Source: Octopus vulgaris (lineage: Eukaryota). From it: a stretch of DNA of 64,000 nt. Below are positions 1-17,443 of the stretch, in pieces. The stretch's first letter is position 1; each line of letters starts with the position of its first letter. Position numbers and translations under genes: made by a program. The notes under the pieces are model-generated. The model was not told the DNA's origin and ran no database searches. It saw only the letters and a program-made list of their open reading frames with translations. The stretch covers positions 47,554,001 through 47,618,000 of the forward strand of contig OX597832.1 of NCBI GenBank assembly GCA_951406725.2. The letters run 5' to 3'.

Positions 1-559
1 GGATGACCCAATATATTCGTTTTCCATTTTGGCACAAGGTCAGCTAGAATGCTCTTTGCAGTATTCTCTGCGTTCTTAATTCAAACTCCATAGAGGGCAA
101 CATTGCTTTTTATTCTTCTAAGGTCGATGAAGTACCTGAGCGGATGGTGGAATGGTAAAACTTAGACCATCATAAGAGATGCCTCGCGGTATGTTCCAGT
201 TCTTTGTGTTCTGAGTTAATCATTCGTCCACTGGAACACCACCCTTATTCCACCTGGCCAGTGTGAACAGGTAGACATACATTCAGTATAGCTAAACCGG
301 TAACAAAACGTTGAGGCTTCAACCAGCAGTGGATTGAGAATGGTTACATGGAAATGTTAAGTAAACGAAGAGGTTATACCACATTCATCTCGCCGTGATC
401 AGAAATAGTTGAATAGATCAAGCTATTAAACCGTCATAAAAGAAATAATACTCGGATTTTCTGTTGCTATTTACAGCGTTTATAAACTAGAATCTTGATA
501 AACGGGCATATCTAATTTGCATAATAGTTCGTGTGCTAAAATTATGGAGTTAATTTATA

Positions 560-708
560 GGCGTAGGAGTAGCTGTGTGGTAAGTAGCTTGCTTACCAAC
601 CACATGGTTCCGGGTTCAGTCCCACTGCGTGGCACCTTGGGCAAGTGTCTTCTACAATAGCCTCGGGCCGACCAAAGCCTTGGGAGTGGATTTGGTAGAC
701 GGAAACAC

Positions 709-770
<62 letters not shown>

Positions 771-1015
771 GTATGTGTGTGTGTGTGTATGTGTGTGTGT
801 GTATAGGTTATGTGTCTGTGTTTGTCTCCCACAACATCGCTTGACAACCGATACTGGTGTGTTTATGTCCCCGTAACTTAGCGGTCCGGCAAAAGTGACC
901 GATAGAATAAGTACCAGTCTTACGAAGAATAAGTCCTGGGTTCGATTTGTTCGACTAAAGGCATTGCTCCAGGATGGCCGCAGTCAAATGACTGAAACAA
1001 GTAAAAGAGTAAAAG
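560..1015 (+). mobile_element. tRNA-derived SINE, family A (internal microsatellite, AAAAGAGT tail)
   Basis: A/B-box-like head (tggctgtgtggtaag / ggttcagtccc). Other copies: 2775-3970 (interrupted), 9506-9912(-), 17443-17821(-), 20929-21345(-), 22817-23280, 25861-26270, 30837-31232, 34299-34615, 39985-40450, 45638-45923, 61155-61290(-), 62735-63060(-). Confidence 0.85.
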
Positions 1016-1019
1016 GGCA

Positions 1020-1054
<35 letters not shown>

Positions 1055-1473
1055 TGTATGTATGTATGCATGTATGTATGTATGTATTTATGTATGTATG
1101 TATGTATGTATGTATGTATGTATGCATGTATGTATGCATGTATGTATGTATGTATATATGTATAGGTATATGTGTGTATATAATATTTACATTTATGCAT
1201 AGGCGTGTATGTATCTATAAATGTTGCTTTATTAAGCTACTCATCAACTTGGCACTTTAAAGATTTTTATTGTTTTCATTAACCGTTGGCCTCGTCATAG
1301 CCTTAGCTTCTTTCGTTTCCCATCGTCTGTACAAATTTCTCACAATTTATTCCTATAAACTCATAAAAACATGTACAATCCCATACCGATATGCAAACAC
1401 ACACACACACGCACAAACGCGCATTCCCACATGCGTACAGGTATCTATATATGGACTCTAAAATACACAAGCA

Positions 1474-1519
<46 letters not shown>

Positions 1520-1608
1520 AATAATAATAAGGGTAAAATTAATTAATTAGTAATTAATAATTTTACCAAGCAGTGTTCAGTATGTAAAAGGACCATTTAG
1601 GGTATATT

Positions 1609-1814
1609 TAAAACATTACGTTATATAATTAGGGTTCAGCAAAAAAGATTTACTTTACCACACGCCGAACTTTTAGAAATAGCAGCCAAAGAATTTAGCC
1701 ATTTCTCCTACTTCTTATAGTAGGAGGAAAAGCTAAATTCTTTGGCTGGTATTTCTAAAATTTCGGTGTGTGGTAAAGTAAATCTTCTTTTGCTGAACCC
1801 TAATTATATAAAGT

Positions 1815-1823
<9 letters not shown>
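1609..1823. repeat. Imperfect palindrome, about 100-bp arms, next to (TA)n
   Basis: taaaacattac...tcctac [ttcttata] gtagga...gtaatgtttta. Confidence 0.9.
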
Positions 1824-1879
<56 letters not shown>

Positions 1880-2240
1880 TATATTATATATTATATACAT
1901 TTGTATGTGAGTGTGTCTCTGTGCATATACAAAAATGTGTGTATATATGTATATATGTGTGTATGTCTGTATGTGTGTGTCTGTGTGTGTGTATGTGTGA
2001 TTGTGTGTCTGTGTGTGTGTGTGAGTATGTATGTGTGTGTGTGTGCGTGAGTGTAAGGAGAGCGAGGACCATCTACACAAGAATCCTATAGAGATAAAAA
2101 CCATCCAGAAGTACGCTTTCGCACTCACGCCTACCTTGCACACACATAGTTTCACAAACATCTATACATAACACTCTCTCTTTTTCTCCCTCCCTCTCTC
2201 TCTTTTTCCCTCCCTCTCTCACTCTCTGTCTTTCTATCCC

Positions 2241-2275
<35 letters not shown>

Positions 2276-2679
2276 TCTTTCTCTCTTTCTCTGCATCATC
2301 AAGCATAAAGAAAGCTTCTTAGAGTGCAGAATAAATAGTTCAGTGCTATATAACTTAGTTCAAGAAATGGACTTAATGTATGTATGTATGTATGTATGTG
2401 TATATGTATGTATATATATATATATATATATAAACACATAACTATATATATACACGTATACATATATGTATCTCTGCAGATATATAAATATATATATATA
2501 TATATATGTACACAAATATATATGTATATGCATGTATAGATACATACATCTATATATATACATATATATACGCGCACACATATATATACATAAATATATT
2601 ACATATATGTACATATATATATATATATACACATATACGTATACTTACCTCTTAACTTTATATATATATGCTCACAAAT

Positions 2680-2710
<31 letters not shown>

Positions 2711-3086
2711 CAAATTGAGATAGGGGTTGTAAATGCAACCCTCCATGGGATAACATTTATCCAATATACTGCTAAAGCTTGTTTCCCAAACACAACCACA
2801 TGGTTCCGGATTCTGTCCCACTGAATGGTACCTTGGGCAAGTGTCTTCAACTATAGCCTCAGGCCGACCAAAGCCTTGTGAGTGGACGAGACTGAAGGAA
2901 GACCGTCGTATATATATATATATATATATATATTATGTGAAATAGAAAGATGAATAATCTTGTAGTAGATTAATCAAAAGTTTAACCGATACCTTAGTAG
3001 CAAAAATCACAGCAGTAAAACAGCACGGTTGGAGGTACAACCATATGGTGTTGCAACCGTGCGTTGGTGCGGATAATTGAAATTAG

Positions 3087-3686
<600 letters not shown>

Positions 3687-3968
3687 GCAGTGGGACTGAA
3701 TGCGGAACCATGTGGTTGGGAAGCAAGCTTCTTACCACAGACTTCAAACATACACATATATATGTGTATATGTATGTATGTATGTATGTACTTGTGTGTC
3801 TGTGTTTGTCCCCTACCCCCCATCATCGCTTGACAACCGATGTCGGTGTGTTTATGTCCCCGTAATGTAGCGGTTTGACAAAAGAAAGAGATACAAAAAG
3901 TATTTGGCTCACAAAGAATAAGTCCTGGGTTCGATTTGTTCGACCAAATGCATGACTGAAACAAGTAA

Positions 3969-4092
<124 letters not shown>

Positions 4093-4481
4093 TTATATTG
4101 GTAGATAGATAGATAGATTGATACACTCACATGCATACATACATACATACATACATACATACATACATACATACATACATACATACATACATACATACAT
4201 ACATGCATACACACATGCATGCAACTTATACTTCGAAATGTCCATTTCTTTTATTTAATTCAGTTATATATTTATTATATACACAAATATATTGCACATA
4301 CATGAAAAGATTTACTGAGTGTGTGAATATAGAAATATATATATATACATATATATACACATACGTAGACACACACAACACATATTTTGTTCCTTCCTCT
4401 TAGCCATCCCATCCAGATTTTCTTCCACTTTCTCTCTCTCTTTCTCCCTCTCTATATTTCCTTCTCTCTCTCTCTCTCTCT

Positions 4482-4676
<195 letters not shown>

Positions 4677-5009
4677 CTTAATCTATATAAGAGAGCCGCC
4701 ATTTGCATCCATGCATCCAACTATGTTCTCCTGCATGCTTTTAAGTGTGTGCGCGCGCGTATATGTGTGTAAATAAACACACATACCACACATTCAAAAA
4801 TACAGACATATATATATGTATATACATATTTAAACACACATATACATACGCATAATAACAATTATAAATACTTACTGAAATACATTTATGTAAAAGCATA
4901 CACATACACACTCACACTCACACTCACACAACCGCAGACGTAAACAGTTAAAGCCTTGTACACACACAGACGTGTGTGTGTACGTCTGTGCGTGTGTGTG
5001 TATGTGTGT

Positions 5010-5178
5010 GTGGGGGGAGAGAGAGAGAGAGAAGGCGACTGAGAGGAGAGAATAAGATGGAATACTTTAAAAATGGAGAGCGATAGAGAGGACGAAATTA
5101 AGGAAGGGTGAGAAGAGGAAAAGAAAAAGAATATGAGATAGAAAGAGTGAGAGTGGGAGGGAGAAGAAAGAGAGAAAA

Positions 5179-5216
<38 letters not shown>

Positions 5217-5306
5217 AGTGAGTTGGAAAGGCAGAGACGATGTGAAGAGTGAAAGTAGAAAGAAAGTGACAGAGTGTAACATAAGAGAGGGAAGCGAAAG
5301 GAAATC

Positions 5307-5342
<36 letters not shown>

Positions 5343-5570
5343 GAGAAAGAGAAAGTAAAGTACGGTGAAGGGGGAAGTGGGGAGTGGGACAAAGAGAGTC
5401 TGTGCAAGAAAGAGAGAGATGGAAATAGAGTTGTTATAAGGTGGGGAAAGGAGATAGTGTGTGTGTGAGCGAGAGAGAGATGGAGAGGAGAAGGAAAGAG
5501 AGAGAGGGAGAGGAGAAGGAAAGAGAGAGGGTGAGGTGTGGTAGAGAAAGATATAGAGGGTCTGTGCGTA

Positions 5571-5603
<33 letters not shown>

Positions 5604-5950
5604 GAGAGAGATGGGATGAATAAAAAGACGGTAAAATAAGAAAGGAAAGGATGAGAGAAACTAAAGAGGGAAAGTGTGAGAAAGTGTGTGTGAGTGTATG
5701 AGTGTGTGTGTGTGTCTGTGTGTCTCTGTGTGTGTGTGACTGTGTGTGTGAGAGAGAGAGAGAGAGATGGAATGAATAAAAAGACGGTAAAATAAGAAAG
5801 GAAAGGAGGAGAGAAATTAAAGAGGGAAAGTGTGAGAAAGTGTGTTTGAGTGTGTGTATGTGTGAGTGTGTGTGTCTGTGTGTCTGTGTGTGTGTGTGCA
5901 GGGGAGAGAGAAAGAGAGAGAGAGGAAGGGAGAGAAAGAAAGAGAGAGAG
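5010..5950. repeat. GA-rich low-complexity tract with an internal duplication of about 180 bp
   Basis: (GA)n/(GT)n; 5600-5720 repeated at 5760-5900. Confidence 0.85.
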
Positions 5951-6033
5951 ATTCACACGCATAACGTCGGTAAAATACACGGCGGATACCTTTCAAAGAC
6001 AATGAAAAAAATAACAAACATTACAATGAAATG

Positions 6034-6076
<43 letters not shown>

Positions 6077-6650
6077 AACATGTGCGCGCACTCATGCAAA
6101 ATATACAAACATACACATTCACACCAACAAACGAACACACAAACAAACACAGACACAGACACACACATACGTTGACAAGCGAATACATCAAAACACACGG
6201 TTAGTCACGCCTCTGTAAAAATGTCAAACACTAAAGCAACACAAATGACGTTTTTTGCATGTTTGTCCAAACACAAGGTAACATTTCTTATTAAGTTCCC
6301 AAGACACAGGTGTAAACACCACGCTCACCTTCCAAGCTGGCCATCAGCGTAGAAAATATCATAAGCAACAGGTGTTCTGTTGATCAGCTAGTTTTCCTTT
6401 CAACAATTTTAAGAGCATCTTTGCTGCTCCTCTTCGTTTATACATGATTCGTGTTATCATTATTATTTATTAATTAATTAATTAACGAACTAATTAATAT
6501 ATTTGCTGGGCTTCCCCTACGTTGTCGTATATCATCAGTTATATTCTTTTTTGGTTGGTGCTAAACTAAAACAACTTCGGTAAGTTCAATTTTTATCTAC
6601 TTATTTATCTGTACATACACACACATATGCATGCGCGCACACACACACAA

Positions 6651-6692
<42 letters not shown>

Positions 6693-6739
6693 ACACATAT
6701 GCACACACATATGCACACACATATATGTAGTTATGTATG

Positions 6740-6772
<33 letters not shown>

Positions 6773-6795
6773 AAATATATATATATATGTATGTA

Positions 6796-6859
<64 letters not shown>

Positions 6860-6890
6860 TTATATATATATATATGTATATATATATTTA

Positions 6891-6947
<57 letters not shown>

Positions 6948-6982
6948 TTATATTTATATATATATATGTATATATATATTTA

Positions 6983-7042
<60 letters not shown>

Positions 7043-7607
7043 GAGAGAGAGAGAGAGGTGTGCTATCCTTGTCTCTGTCATGTTGCTTTTGCTGTTTAAA
7101 TACCTTGATTCTATCGGAACTTGAAAAATTGGTGCTCCAGCATGGCCACATACTGGAGCATGAAATGTATAAAAGGGTAAAAAAAAAATACATACATTCA
7201 TACATACATGCATTGTTATTGTTATTGTTATTTATCAAAGATGTGAGGACGGTGACTTGACAGATTCGTTAACTCATCTGCAAAAAAAGAAAAAGAAGAT
7301 CATGTCATTTTTTTCGCTCTTTACATTCGGAGTTCAATTCATGGCGATGTTAACTTTTCCTTTTCTCCCTCTTCGAGGCCGATTAAATAAAGTACCAATC
7401 AAATACGCGTATCGATTGCCCTTTTCCCTTCAAAATTGCTGACTTAGAACCTGAATTAGAAACAGTATATATATATATATTATTACTTATTTATTTGATA
7501 ATGTATTTGTTAAGTTTCCTGTTTATTTTCTCTTGTCCCTCGTGTATCATCTGTGTTTGGTTGATGCTTAACTAAAATAATATTGGTGTGTGTGTGTGTG
7601 TGTGTGT

Positions 7608-7910
7608 GGAGGCGCAATGGCCCAGTGGTTGGGACAACGGACTCGCGGACGTAGGGTCGCAGTTTCGCTTCCAAGACCGGGCGTTGTGAGTGTTTATTGA
7701 ACGAAAACACTTAATTCTCTACGAGACTCCAGCAGGGGACCATAGCGAACTTTCTCTCACTTTTTTCTTCCTGTTTCTGTTGTACCTGCATATCAAAGGG
7801 CCAGCCTTGTCACACTCTGTGTCACACTGAATCTTCCTCGAGAACTACGTTAAGGGAACACGTGTCTGTGGAGTGCTCAGCCACTTGCACGTTAATTTCA
7901 CGAGCAGGCG
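7608..7910 (+). mobile_element. tRNA-derived SINE, family C
   Basis: Head ggcgcaatggcccagtggtt..ggtttcgattccc. Other copies: 7965-8270, 8980-9135, 42575-42710, 49767-50150, 54100-54905 (interrupted), 56835-57160(-); variants with another 3' domain at 32985-33290(-) and 42720-42960(-). Confidence 0.8.
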
Positions 7911-7920
7911 GACTGCCACA

Positions 7921-7965
<45 letters not shown>

Positions 7966-8401
7966 AGATGAGTGGCTTAGTGGTCGTCTCAAAATCGTAA
8001 GGCCGTGAGTTCGATTCCTGGTGGCGTATTGTCTCCATGAGCTAGATACTCAACTTGTTCCAGTCCACTTGGTTGGCAAAGGGGTTTGTACCTGCAATTC
8101 AAAGGGCAAGCGTTGTCGCATTCGGTGTCACGCTGAATCTCCTTGTGAACTACGTTAAGGGCACGCGTGTCTGTGGAGTGCACATCTACCTACACATTAA
8201 TTTCACGAGAGGTCCGTTCCGTTAATCGGATCAACTGGAACCCTCGTCGTCGTAACCGACGGAGTACCAGATTGTCTTTGTCTGTTTTTTTTTTATTATA
8301 TAATATATTTATATATATTCTTCCATTTGAAATGTGTTGTCGCTGTTGTTATAATTATTCCTCAAACATATGAGAACGGTTATCTGGCAGAATCATTAGA
8401 G

Positions 8402-8744
8402 CAGGGCTGACCAACCTGGCGCCCACGGGACGCATGCGGCCTACAGACTTTTATCTTGTAGCCCGCTTCATACTTTCTTGAAATGGGTTTAAAAATTTTA
8501 TCAAAAACTAAAGATCGTGATGAAAAGTAAAAAAGAAAGATACTACTGTTTTTGCAACGAAAATTTAAAATTCATAAGTGGCGATAAAGCAGAAGTCGGC
8601 AATTCTATAATTTTAAACAAACGAAGAGTATGAAGAATTCTTGATTCTGTAACCCGGTTATCTGCCTATCAGGGCATAAAGTATACAAGCGGCCTTCAAA
8701 ACAACTTTCTGTGATTAAAGTGGCCCGCAATGAAATTCGAGTTC
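8402..8744. mobile_element. hAT-like non-autonomous element nested in a SINE
   Basis: CAGGGCTGACCAAC terminus with tgcggcc/tggcccgca subterminal motifs; host SINE resumes after 8745; right end degraded. Confidence 0.5.
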
Positions 8745-10470
8745 GAGCATCGAACAGAAATTACCTAGCAGTATTTTTTTCGGACTCTTTACGTTCGGAG
8801 TTCAAATCTCGCCTGTAACTTATGATTCTTCTGATGTTCAGTAAAAAAATCAATCAATTATATCGCTGTTCCTTCTCCCTATGAAATATGCGGTTTTCTG
8901 CCATCCAACCATTCCAGCGATGATGTTGGATGGCAAGAAACGATACAGTAAAAGAGTAAAAGAGTAACCAAGAATCGATAAAATCGTAAGGCCGTGAGTT
9001 CGATTCCTGGTGTCGCATTGTCTCCATGAGCTAGATACTTTGTTTCAACTTGCTCCAGTCCACTTGGTTGGCAATTCAAAGGGCCAGTGTTGTCGCATTC
9101 GGTGTCACGCGTGTCTGTGGAGTGCACATCTACCTACAAAAACTAATAAAAACTAACGTCGAATTAGCTACACCTTGTGGAAATCATTATCTCTTGAATT
9201 TGTTTTGGTCGAAGCAACAGTGTGTCGAACAAACTGCTTCTTTAGTGACGATCCTTTATCTTCCGTATCAAAATTCTATTGAGAGGAAGTCGACTATCCC
9301 TCTGCTTCCCGTATTTCTGGACAATGATAAATTGCTGAGGTCGTAATATATAATTGCGCTCTCTTTCTCCAACACATGTATAGTTTTGCATCGACATATG
9401 AACAAATTATCATGATTATCCTAAAATAATCACTTATGTCATCGTTAGTTCTAACAAGAGGGCGGCGAGCTGGCAGAAACGTGAGCACGCCGGGCAAAAT
9501 GCTTACTCTCTCTCTTTTACTTGTTTCAGTCATTTGACTGCGGCCATGCTGGAGCACCGCCTTTAGTCGAGCAAATCGACCCCGGGACTTATTCTTTGTA
9601 AGCCTAGTACTTATCCTATCGGTCTCTTTTGCCGAACCGCTAAGTGACTGGGACGTAAACACACCAGCATCGGTTGTCAAGCAATGCTAGAGGGACAAAC
9701 ACAGACACACAAACATATAGACACATATACATATATATATATACATATATACGACAGGCTTCTTTCAGTTTCCGTCTACTAAATCCACTCACAAGGCTTT
9801 GGTCGGCCCGAGGCTATAGCAGAAGACAATTGCCCAAGATGCCACGCAGTGGGACTGAACTCGGAACCATGTGGTTGGTTAGCAAGCTACTTACCACACA
9901 GCCACTCCTGCGCTTAGCAGTATTTCACCCGTCTTCTGAGTTCAAATTCTGCCGTTGTCAACTTTGCCTTTCATCTTTTCGGGGTCGATTAAATAAGTAC
10001 TAATTACGCGCTGGGGTTGATGTAATCAACTTAATCCCATTCCCCAAATGTGAGGCCCTGTGAAAGGGTTATTAGTTCGAACAGGTGACAGCATGCTGGC
10101 AGAATCGTTAGCACGCCGAGCAAAATTCTAAGTAATATTTACATTATGAGTTCAAATCCCGCTAAGGTCGACTTTGCCTTTCCTCCTTTCGGAGCCAATA
10201 AAACAGGTACCAGTTGAGCAATGGGGATCGATGAAATCTATTTAAACCCTCCCCTGGACTTATTGGTCCTGTTCCAAAATTTCGTCCGTCTTTGTGCTCT
10301 GTATTCAAATGCCGCTAAGATCGACTTCGCCATTTATCCTTTTGGGGTCGATGAAACAGATACCGGTTGGACACTGTTTGATGTAACCGAGTAACCTTCT
10401 CCCACAAACTTGCAGGCCTTGTACCTATAGGAGAAAGGGTTATTTTTAAGCGGTAGAGGCGTTATCATAT

Positions 10471-10620
<150 letters not shown>

Positions 10621-10622
10621 TA

Positions 10623-10725
<103 letters not shown>

Positions 10726-10770
10726 GTCATGCAAGTTATAAAAGGTCAATGCTTGGTACTATTACCTGAT

Positions 10771-10810
10771 ATTTCAATATTTCAAGGTTAAGATGCCTTC
10801 TTCAGGAAAT
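10771..10810 (-). ncRNA. Minimal hammerhead-like motif
   Basis: On -: atttc-CTGAAGA-agg..ctt-GAAA-TA-TT/gaaat; stem II weak. Confidence 0.5.
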
Positions 10811-10920
10811 CTACAGAGACAAAATGCTAATAACTGATGTCTCTACTCTGTAATGTGTGTATATGAATGGTTTCTATAACTTGCATTGCTTTAGCTTTAT
10901 AAAAAAATATTTAAAACATT

Positions 10921-10956
<36 letters not shown>

Positions 10957-10983
10957 ATCAGACGATGCTTCATGAAAACTATA

Positions 10984-11026
<43 letters not shown>

Positions 11027-11152
11027 CGAACCAATCCTCTTGCCGTTATCTCTACTCTCTATGTTACTAGTGTTTTGATGCGCTCCGGTTTGTTGATAAC
11101 CTCTTGACTCTGTATAAATTTTTACTGCATAATGTAATTTGTATAATACGCG

Positions 11153-11236
<84 letters not shown>

Positions 11237-11920
11237 TACACACACTCAATGTGTTGGAGCAGCTGCAGTCTTATTTATTGCCTGAAAAACCAATGGTGGA
11301 ATAAAATGCAATGTCGTAGCTGACTGTCAGGATCTGAACTCGAACACTAATCAACGAAATTAATTACCTATTTCTTTACTACCCACAAGGGGACAAACAA
11401 GGACAGACAAACGGATTAAGTTGATTACATCGACCCCAGTGCGTAACTGGTACTTAATTTATCGACCCTCGAAAGGATGAAAGGCCAAGTCGACCTCGGC
11501 GGAATTTGAACTCAGAACGAAATTCGGCAGACGCATTTTGCCCGACGTGCTAACGTTTCTGCCAGCTCAACGAAATTAGTTACCGCTCAGCAGGTTTCCA
11601 AGTGTGCCACCCTTACGAACCTGACAATAATATTACAACAAATTGTATTTAAAATGACGGTTTCAAATTTTGGCACAAGGTCAGCAATGTTTGGAGCGGG
11701 TACGAGTCGATTACATCGACAACTAGTGTTCAACTGGAGAGGTCACGGAGTACATATAGAAAGCAAACCAAATATTGTAAAGTTAAACAAACACTCCAGT
11801 TTTGTTTAGCTTTATACACATACATGTATGTATATCCGTGTGTGTTTACTAGATTTTTATCCCTAATTCGAAGGACCAGCCTTGTTACACACCACACACA
11901 CACATACACACACACACACA

Positions 11921-12010
<90 letters not shown>

Positions 12011-12348
12011 CACACATGCACGCACGCACGCACGCATGCACACACACCGATCCCGCTTGAGTATTTAAGTTAATGGCACAACACAAGTGTTTCTAGAATA
12101 CTCGGCCACTTCTTCTCACGATGCTAATTCAAAACGAGTAAAAAAAAAACTCGAACACGTAGTAATCATCGTCGAAACCGACGGAGATTCCTTTACCATT
12201 TCTGTTTCCAATTATCCCCTTTTATTTATTTTGGCTGTGTTGGCGGAGAGGGTTTGTTCTATCGTTGCCAGAAATCACCGTGCGCCATTATTCCTTTTCC
12301 TCATTCACAAAAATGGAAGAATGTAGGCTAGAATCACCATCCTCATAA

Positions 12349-12379
<31 letters not shown>

Positions 12380-12736
12380 CATCATCCTCATCATCATCAC
12401 TATCATTACCAGCAGCAGCAGCAGCATTATCGTCGTCGTCGTCATCGTCATCATCAGTTTCATTGTTATTTTAGTAACTCTTATTTTCCTTGCTCAACGG
12501 AGCAATGTGCACTACAGCTTTACACACATTGTTCTGTTTTAGTGTTGTTTTTTTTATGCGAAATATTTGAGTGCATGCGGTTGTGTGGGGGGGGGAGTTG
12601 CCTTTGTAGGGCCATTTTGTCCTGGCGGTGTTGTTGATCTTGTTGTTGTTGCTGTTATTTCTGCAAAGGCTGGTGTTGTATTTGGCTACATGTCAGCTCA
12701 GATTGACCATGTGTATATATGTGTATGTATATATAT

Positions 12737-12781
<45 letters not shown>

Positions 12782-12804
12782 TACACACAGAGGGCGAAAG
12801 AGAT

Positions 12805-12856
<52 letters not shown>

Positions 12857-13186
12857 GAGGGCAAGAGATATATATATATATATGTATATAGATATGTATA
12901 CATATACATTTATCTATACATATAAATATATAAATATTTACTCGCATTTACACACATTTACTCGCACACTCACACATACACGTATATATATATGGGTGTG
13001 TCCGTGTGTATGTATGTATATATGTATGTAGATGTATGAATGTGTTTACCCATCAAATTTGATGATTACCGAATAACTACCAAAAAAACATTAAAAAAAG
13101 TGAAAAAGTGAAAAAGCAATGCAAAAGAAAACAAGCAGATGCTTAAGATTATGCTCATTCATTCGTGATGAATGAAGACTTCAGAA

Positions 13187-13276
<90 letters not shown>

Positions 13277-14771
13277 GTGTGTGTGTGTATGAATGTATGT
13301 ATGTATGTATGTATATTATATATATATATATGGGAGGTGTTCCTTAGTTTCACCAAATCAAGGATCTGCGCCTGGACAGTGGTCCTAAAGACCTGCTGCC
13401 AGAGTAGGGTCTTGTGTGACTATAGAGGCCATACGTGAGTGACCGTCTTGGCTGTGGTGACGACATATGAATGCACTGCTTGCCTGCTAACCTTACCTGG
13501 TCGCTATTTTCTCCCATTTCATTTGTTTTAGTTTTTTTTTTATATATAATCAACAAACATCAACTTCTTCTTCATCTTTTTTAAAACATTGCTTAATTCT
13601 AATCTCCAACATGAGCAATCACCTTTGTGCGTCTCCCTTTCAGATATCTTTGAAAGGATGATGCAGTCATCCTTGTCTGTCTTTAGTCAGAGCTAAATCC
13701 TCCATACAGAGTAAACTATAGATCCTTATTGTAAAAATATCTTTCATATTTCTATACTGTTTCCAGTTTAACCATAGATCGTTATTTATTGACCAATGGT
13801 GAATGTTCTTAACTACACACAAAATATAAGAACAAACTATTTTTGTTTTCCAATTTTTTCCCTATTTCCTAACTTTTAACTTTGAATGTTTAATATTTGA
13901 TACGATAGACATGCCTACATCAAAACCGGTAATATTTTATAAAATGATACATTAATTATCATTAATGGTAATGGCATAAATTGTTTCAAAATTTGGCATA
14001 AAGCCTGTAATTTTAGGGAAGGAATATTTCAATGATTCTGGTACTTGACTGGTATGTCAATTTATTGACCCCAGAGGGACGAAAGGCAAATTTTACTTTG
14101 GTGGGAATTGAACTCAGAATGTAAAGAACCAGAACAAATGAATCTTGGTATTTTTTCCAATGATCTGACAACTCTACTAGCTCGTCGTCTTATTAATAGT
14201 TGTTTCTAAGTTTGGAACAAGGTCGGAAATTTTGTGGTCTTTGGTAAGTCGATGGCATCGATCTCGAAAAGATAAAAGGGTAAAGTTGTCCTCGGTGTGA
14301 TTCGAACTTATGATCGACACATCACTTTGGAACAAATCCGGCAATTTTGTGGATGCTGGTTAGTCGATTGTATCGATCTCTAAAAGATAGAAAGTAAAGC
14401 TGTCCTCGACGAGATCCGAACTCACAATCTATATATATGATCTGGTAGTGCTAAAACATTGCTTAAACGACTATTTTGATGCTACTGACCTAAAAGACAC
14501 GTTGTAATTAAAGATGGTTGTTTGCACCGGAAGAGAAATTAAAAGTTTAGCCGCCCAGATCATTATCAGGGACAATAGAGTACAAAGCGACCGAAAGGTA
14601 ATTTCTGGTCGGTATCTCAATGTTCTCAGTGAACGAAACGAATTAGTTTACTTATAAAGGAAAAGCAATAATAGGAATGAAGTGTTTCTAGGTTTTACAT
14701 GTACATGATTTCTATTATAGCGATAAATATATGCACTCACATACAATCTTACCAACGCACACTTATATTTA

Positions 14772-14811
<40 letters not shown>

Positions 14812-14935
14812 AAGTAAGAGAGGGAGAAGAAACATACTTCTTCCACATTCAAACACGCTTTCTAATCTGTCGCTGGGCCGATACCGGCAAATTATGTATA
14901 TATATACATAATTGCCTTTGTCTTTATATATACAT

Positions 14936-15027
<92 letters not shown>

Positions 15028-15060
15028 ATACATAATTGCCTTTGTCTTCATACATACATC

Positions 15061-15123
<63 letters not shown>

Positions 15124-15126
15124 ATG

Positions 15127-15158
<32 letters not shown>

Positions 15159-15574
15159 CGTCATTTCAACAGGAGATTTTAAAAGGGAAGCTAAAATACT
15201 TAGATCGCTTGGTAAGAGCAGAATATTCAACCTGCAGAGGGCGGTGGTTACAACGATGAGTATAATGATGATGATGATGATGATGATGATGACGATGATG
15301 GTCCATCTTTAATCTCCTAAGTCATTCTTAAATCCTAAACCAGTCTTTATATTACATCCCCCCCCATACACCCCCACCCCCAAACCATCCCAACACCACC
15401 CTTCACACCAACCCCTGAAAAACAAAATTAAGGAAAGCGAATTAAAAAACAGAAAGAAAACTCGTATTTTGAATTTATGCATGAAATGTCAAAAAGCCAG
15501 CCACGCATCACAGTTGAACCAACTAACAGCGTAACCTTTGACACACAATACGAGTATTATATAGCCAAAAATGA

Positions 15575-16366
<792 letters not shown>

Positions 16367-16559
16367 ATCATAATTAGTAACTATAAATTTTACTGACGTT
16401 ATTACTGTTCTTGACGCCGTTGCTGGTGACGATCGTTACGGCGGGTGGAGAGGACGGTGAAAGAAGGTGGGGGCAGAGCGGTTGGCACATGGTTGTCTTT
16501 AATATAAACTGAATACATAAACAAGTGCCTGTCCAACAGTGATTGCATCATCCACACTC

Positions 16560-17158
16560 TCAACAGTGCACCTTTAAATATGGTTTCTGATTATTAATAT
16601 CTTGGGTCATACATATCATCATCTGGAAAAGACTTTCTAACTAGAAAGGGTATGGCCTGGTCAGCCTGTAATGACATGCATAAGATCTGGTCATCAAATC
16701 TAAGTAGAGACTTCAAACTTGAAATATTCAAAGCCACAGTCGAACCAATTCTACTATATGGCTCAGAAACCTGGACGTTATCAAAGAAGCTTGAGAGGCG
16801 GTTTGATGGAACCTACACTCGCCTCCTTATGAGAGCTCAAAATCTCTCGTGGAAGCGCCATCCAACCAAAATGCAAAAATATGGGAAACTACCACCTGTG
16901 TCATCTCTTGTGAAAGGTAGGAGAGTCCAGTTTGCTGGACATTGTTGTAGAGCTGAAAAAGAAGTAATTTCTACTCTTCTCCTCTGGAAGCCATCTACTC
17001 GCAATACCAGAGGGCGCACACTCTCCTACCCTGATGTAATCTCCAGGGATACAGGCATCCAGCAACAGGACCTCCGTAATGCTATGATGGACCGTGAAGT
17101 CTGGCGTAGCATGGTAAATTCTATTGTCTCGACCACGGTCGAACAAGGATGATGATGA
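16560..17158 (+). mobile_element. 5'-truncated RTE-like LINE (RT thumb and C-terminus)
   Basis: YLGS remnant, IFKATVEPILLYGSETW, FAGHCCR, AMMDREVWR; (GAT)n tail. Confidence 0.88.
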
Positions 17159-17359
17159 ATATATCGCCTGTCCTCCATGAAAAGATAAGAGCTGGATTTT
17201 GCAAGCAAAGACTTCGAATAAAATTAAATTAAATTAAAAATAAAGAGATGAATGAATGGCTTTACAGATAAATGTATATACACGGAAGACCTAAGCTATG
17301 TCCCTATGTCGACAATAATATGATTATGATCATATATATGTACATACATACATATGTAC

Positions 17360-17443
<84 letters not shown>

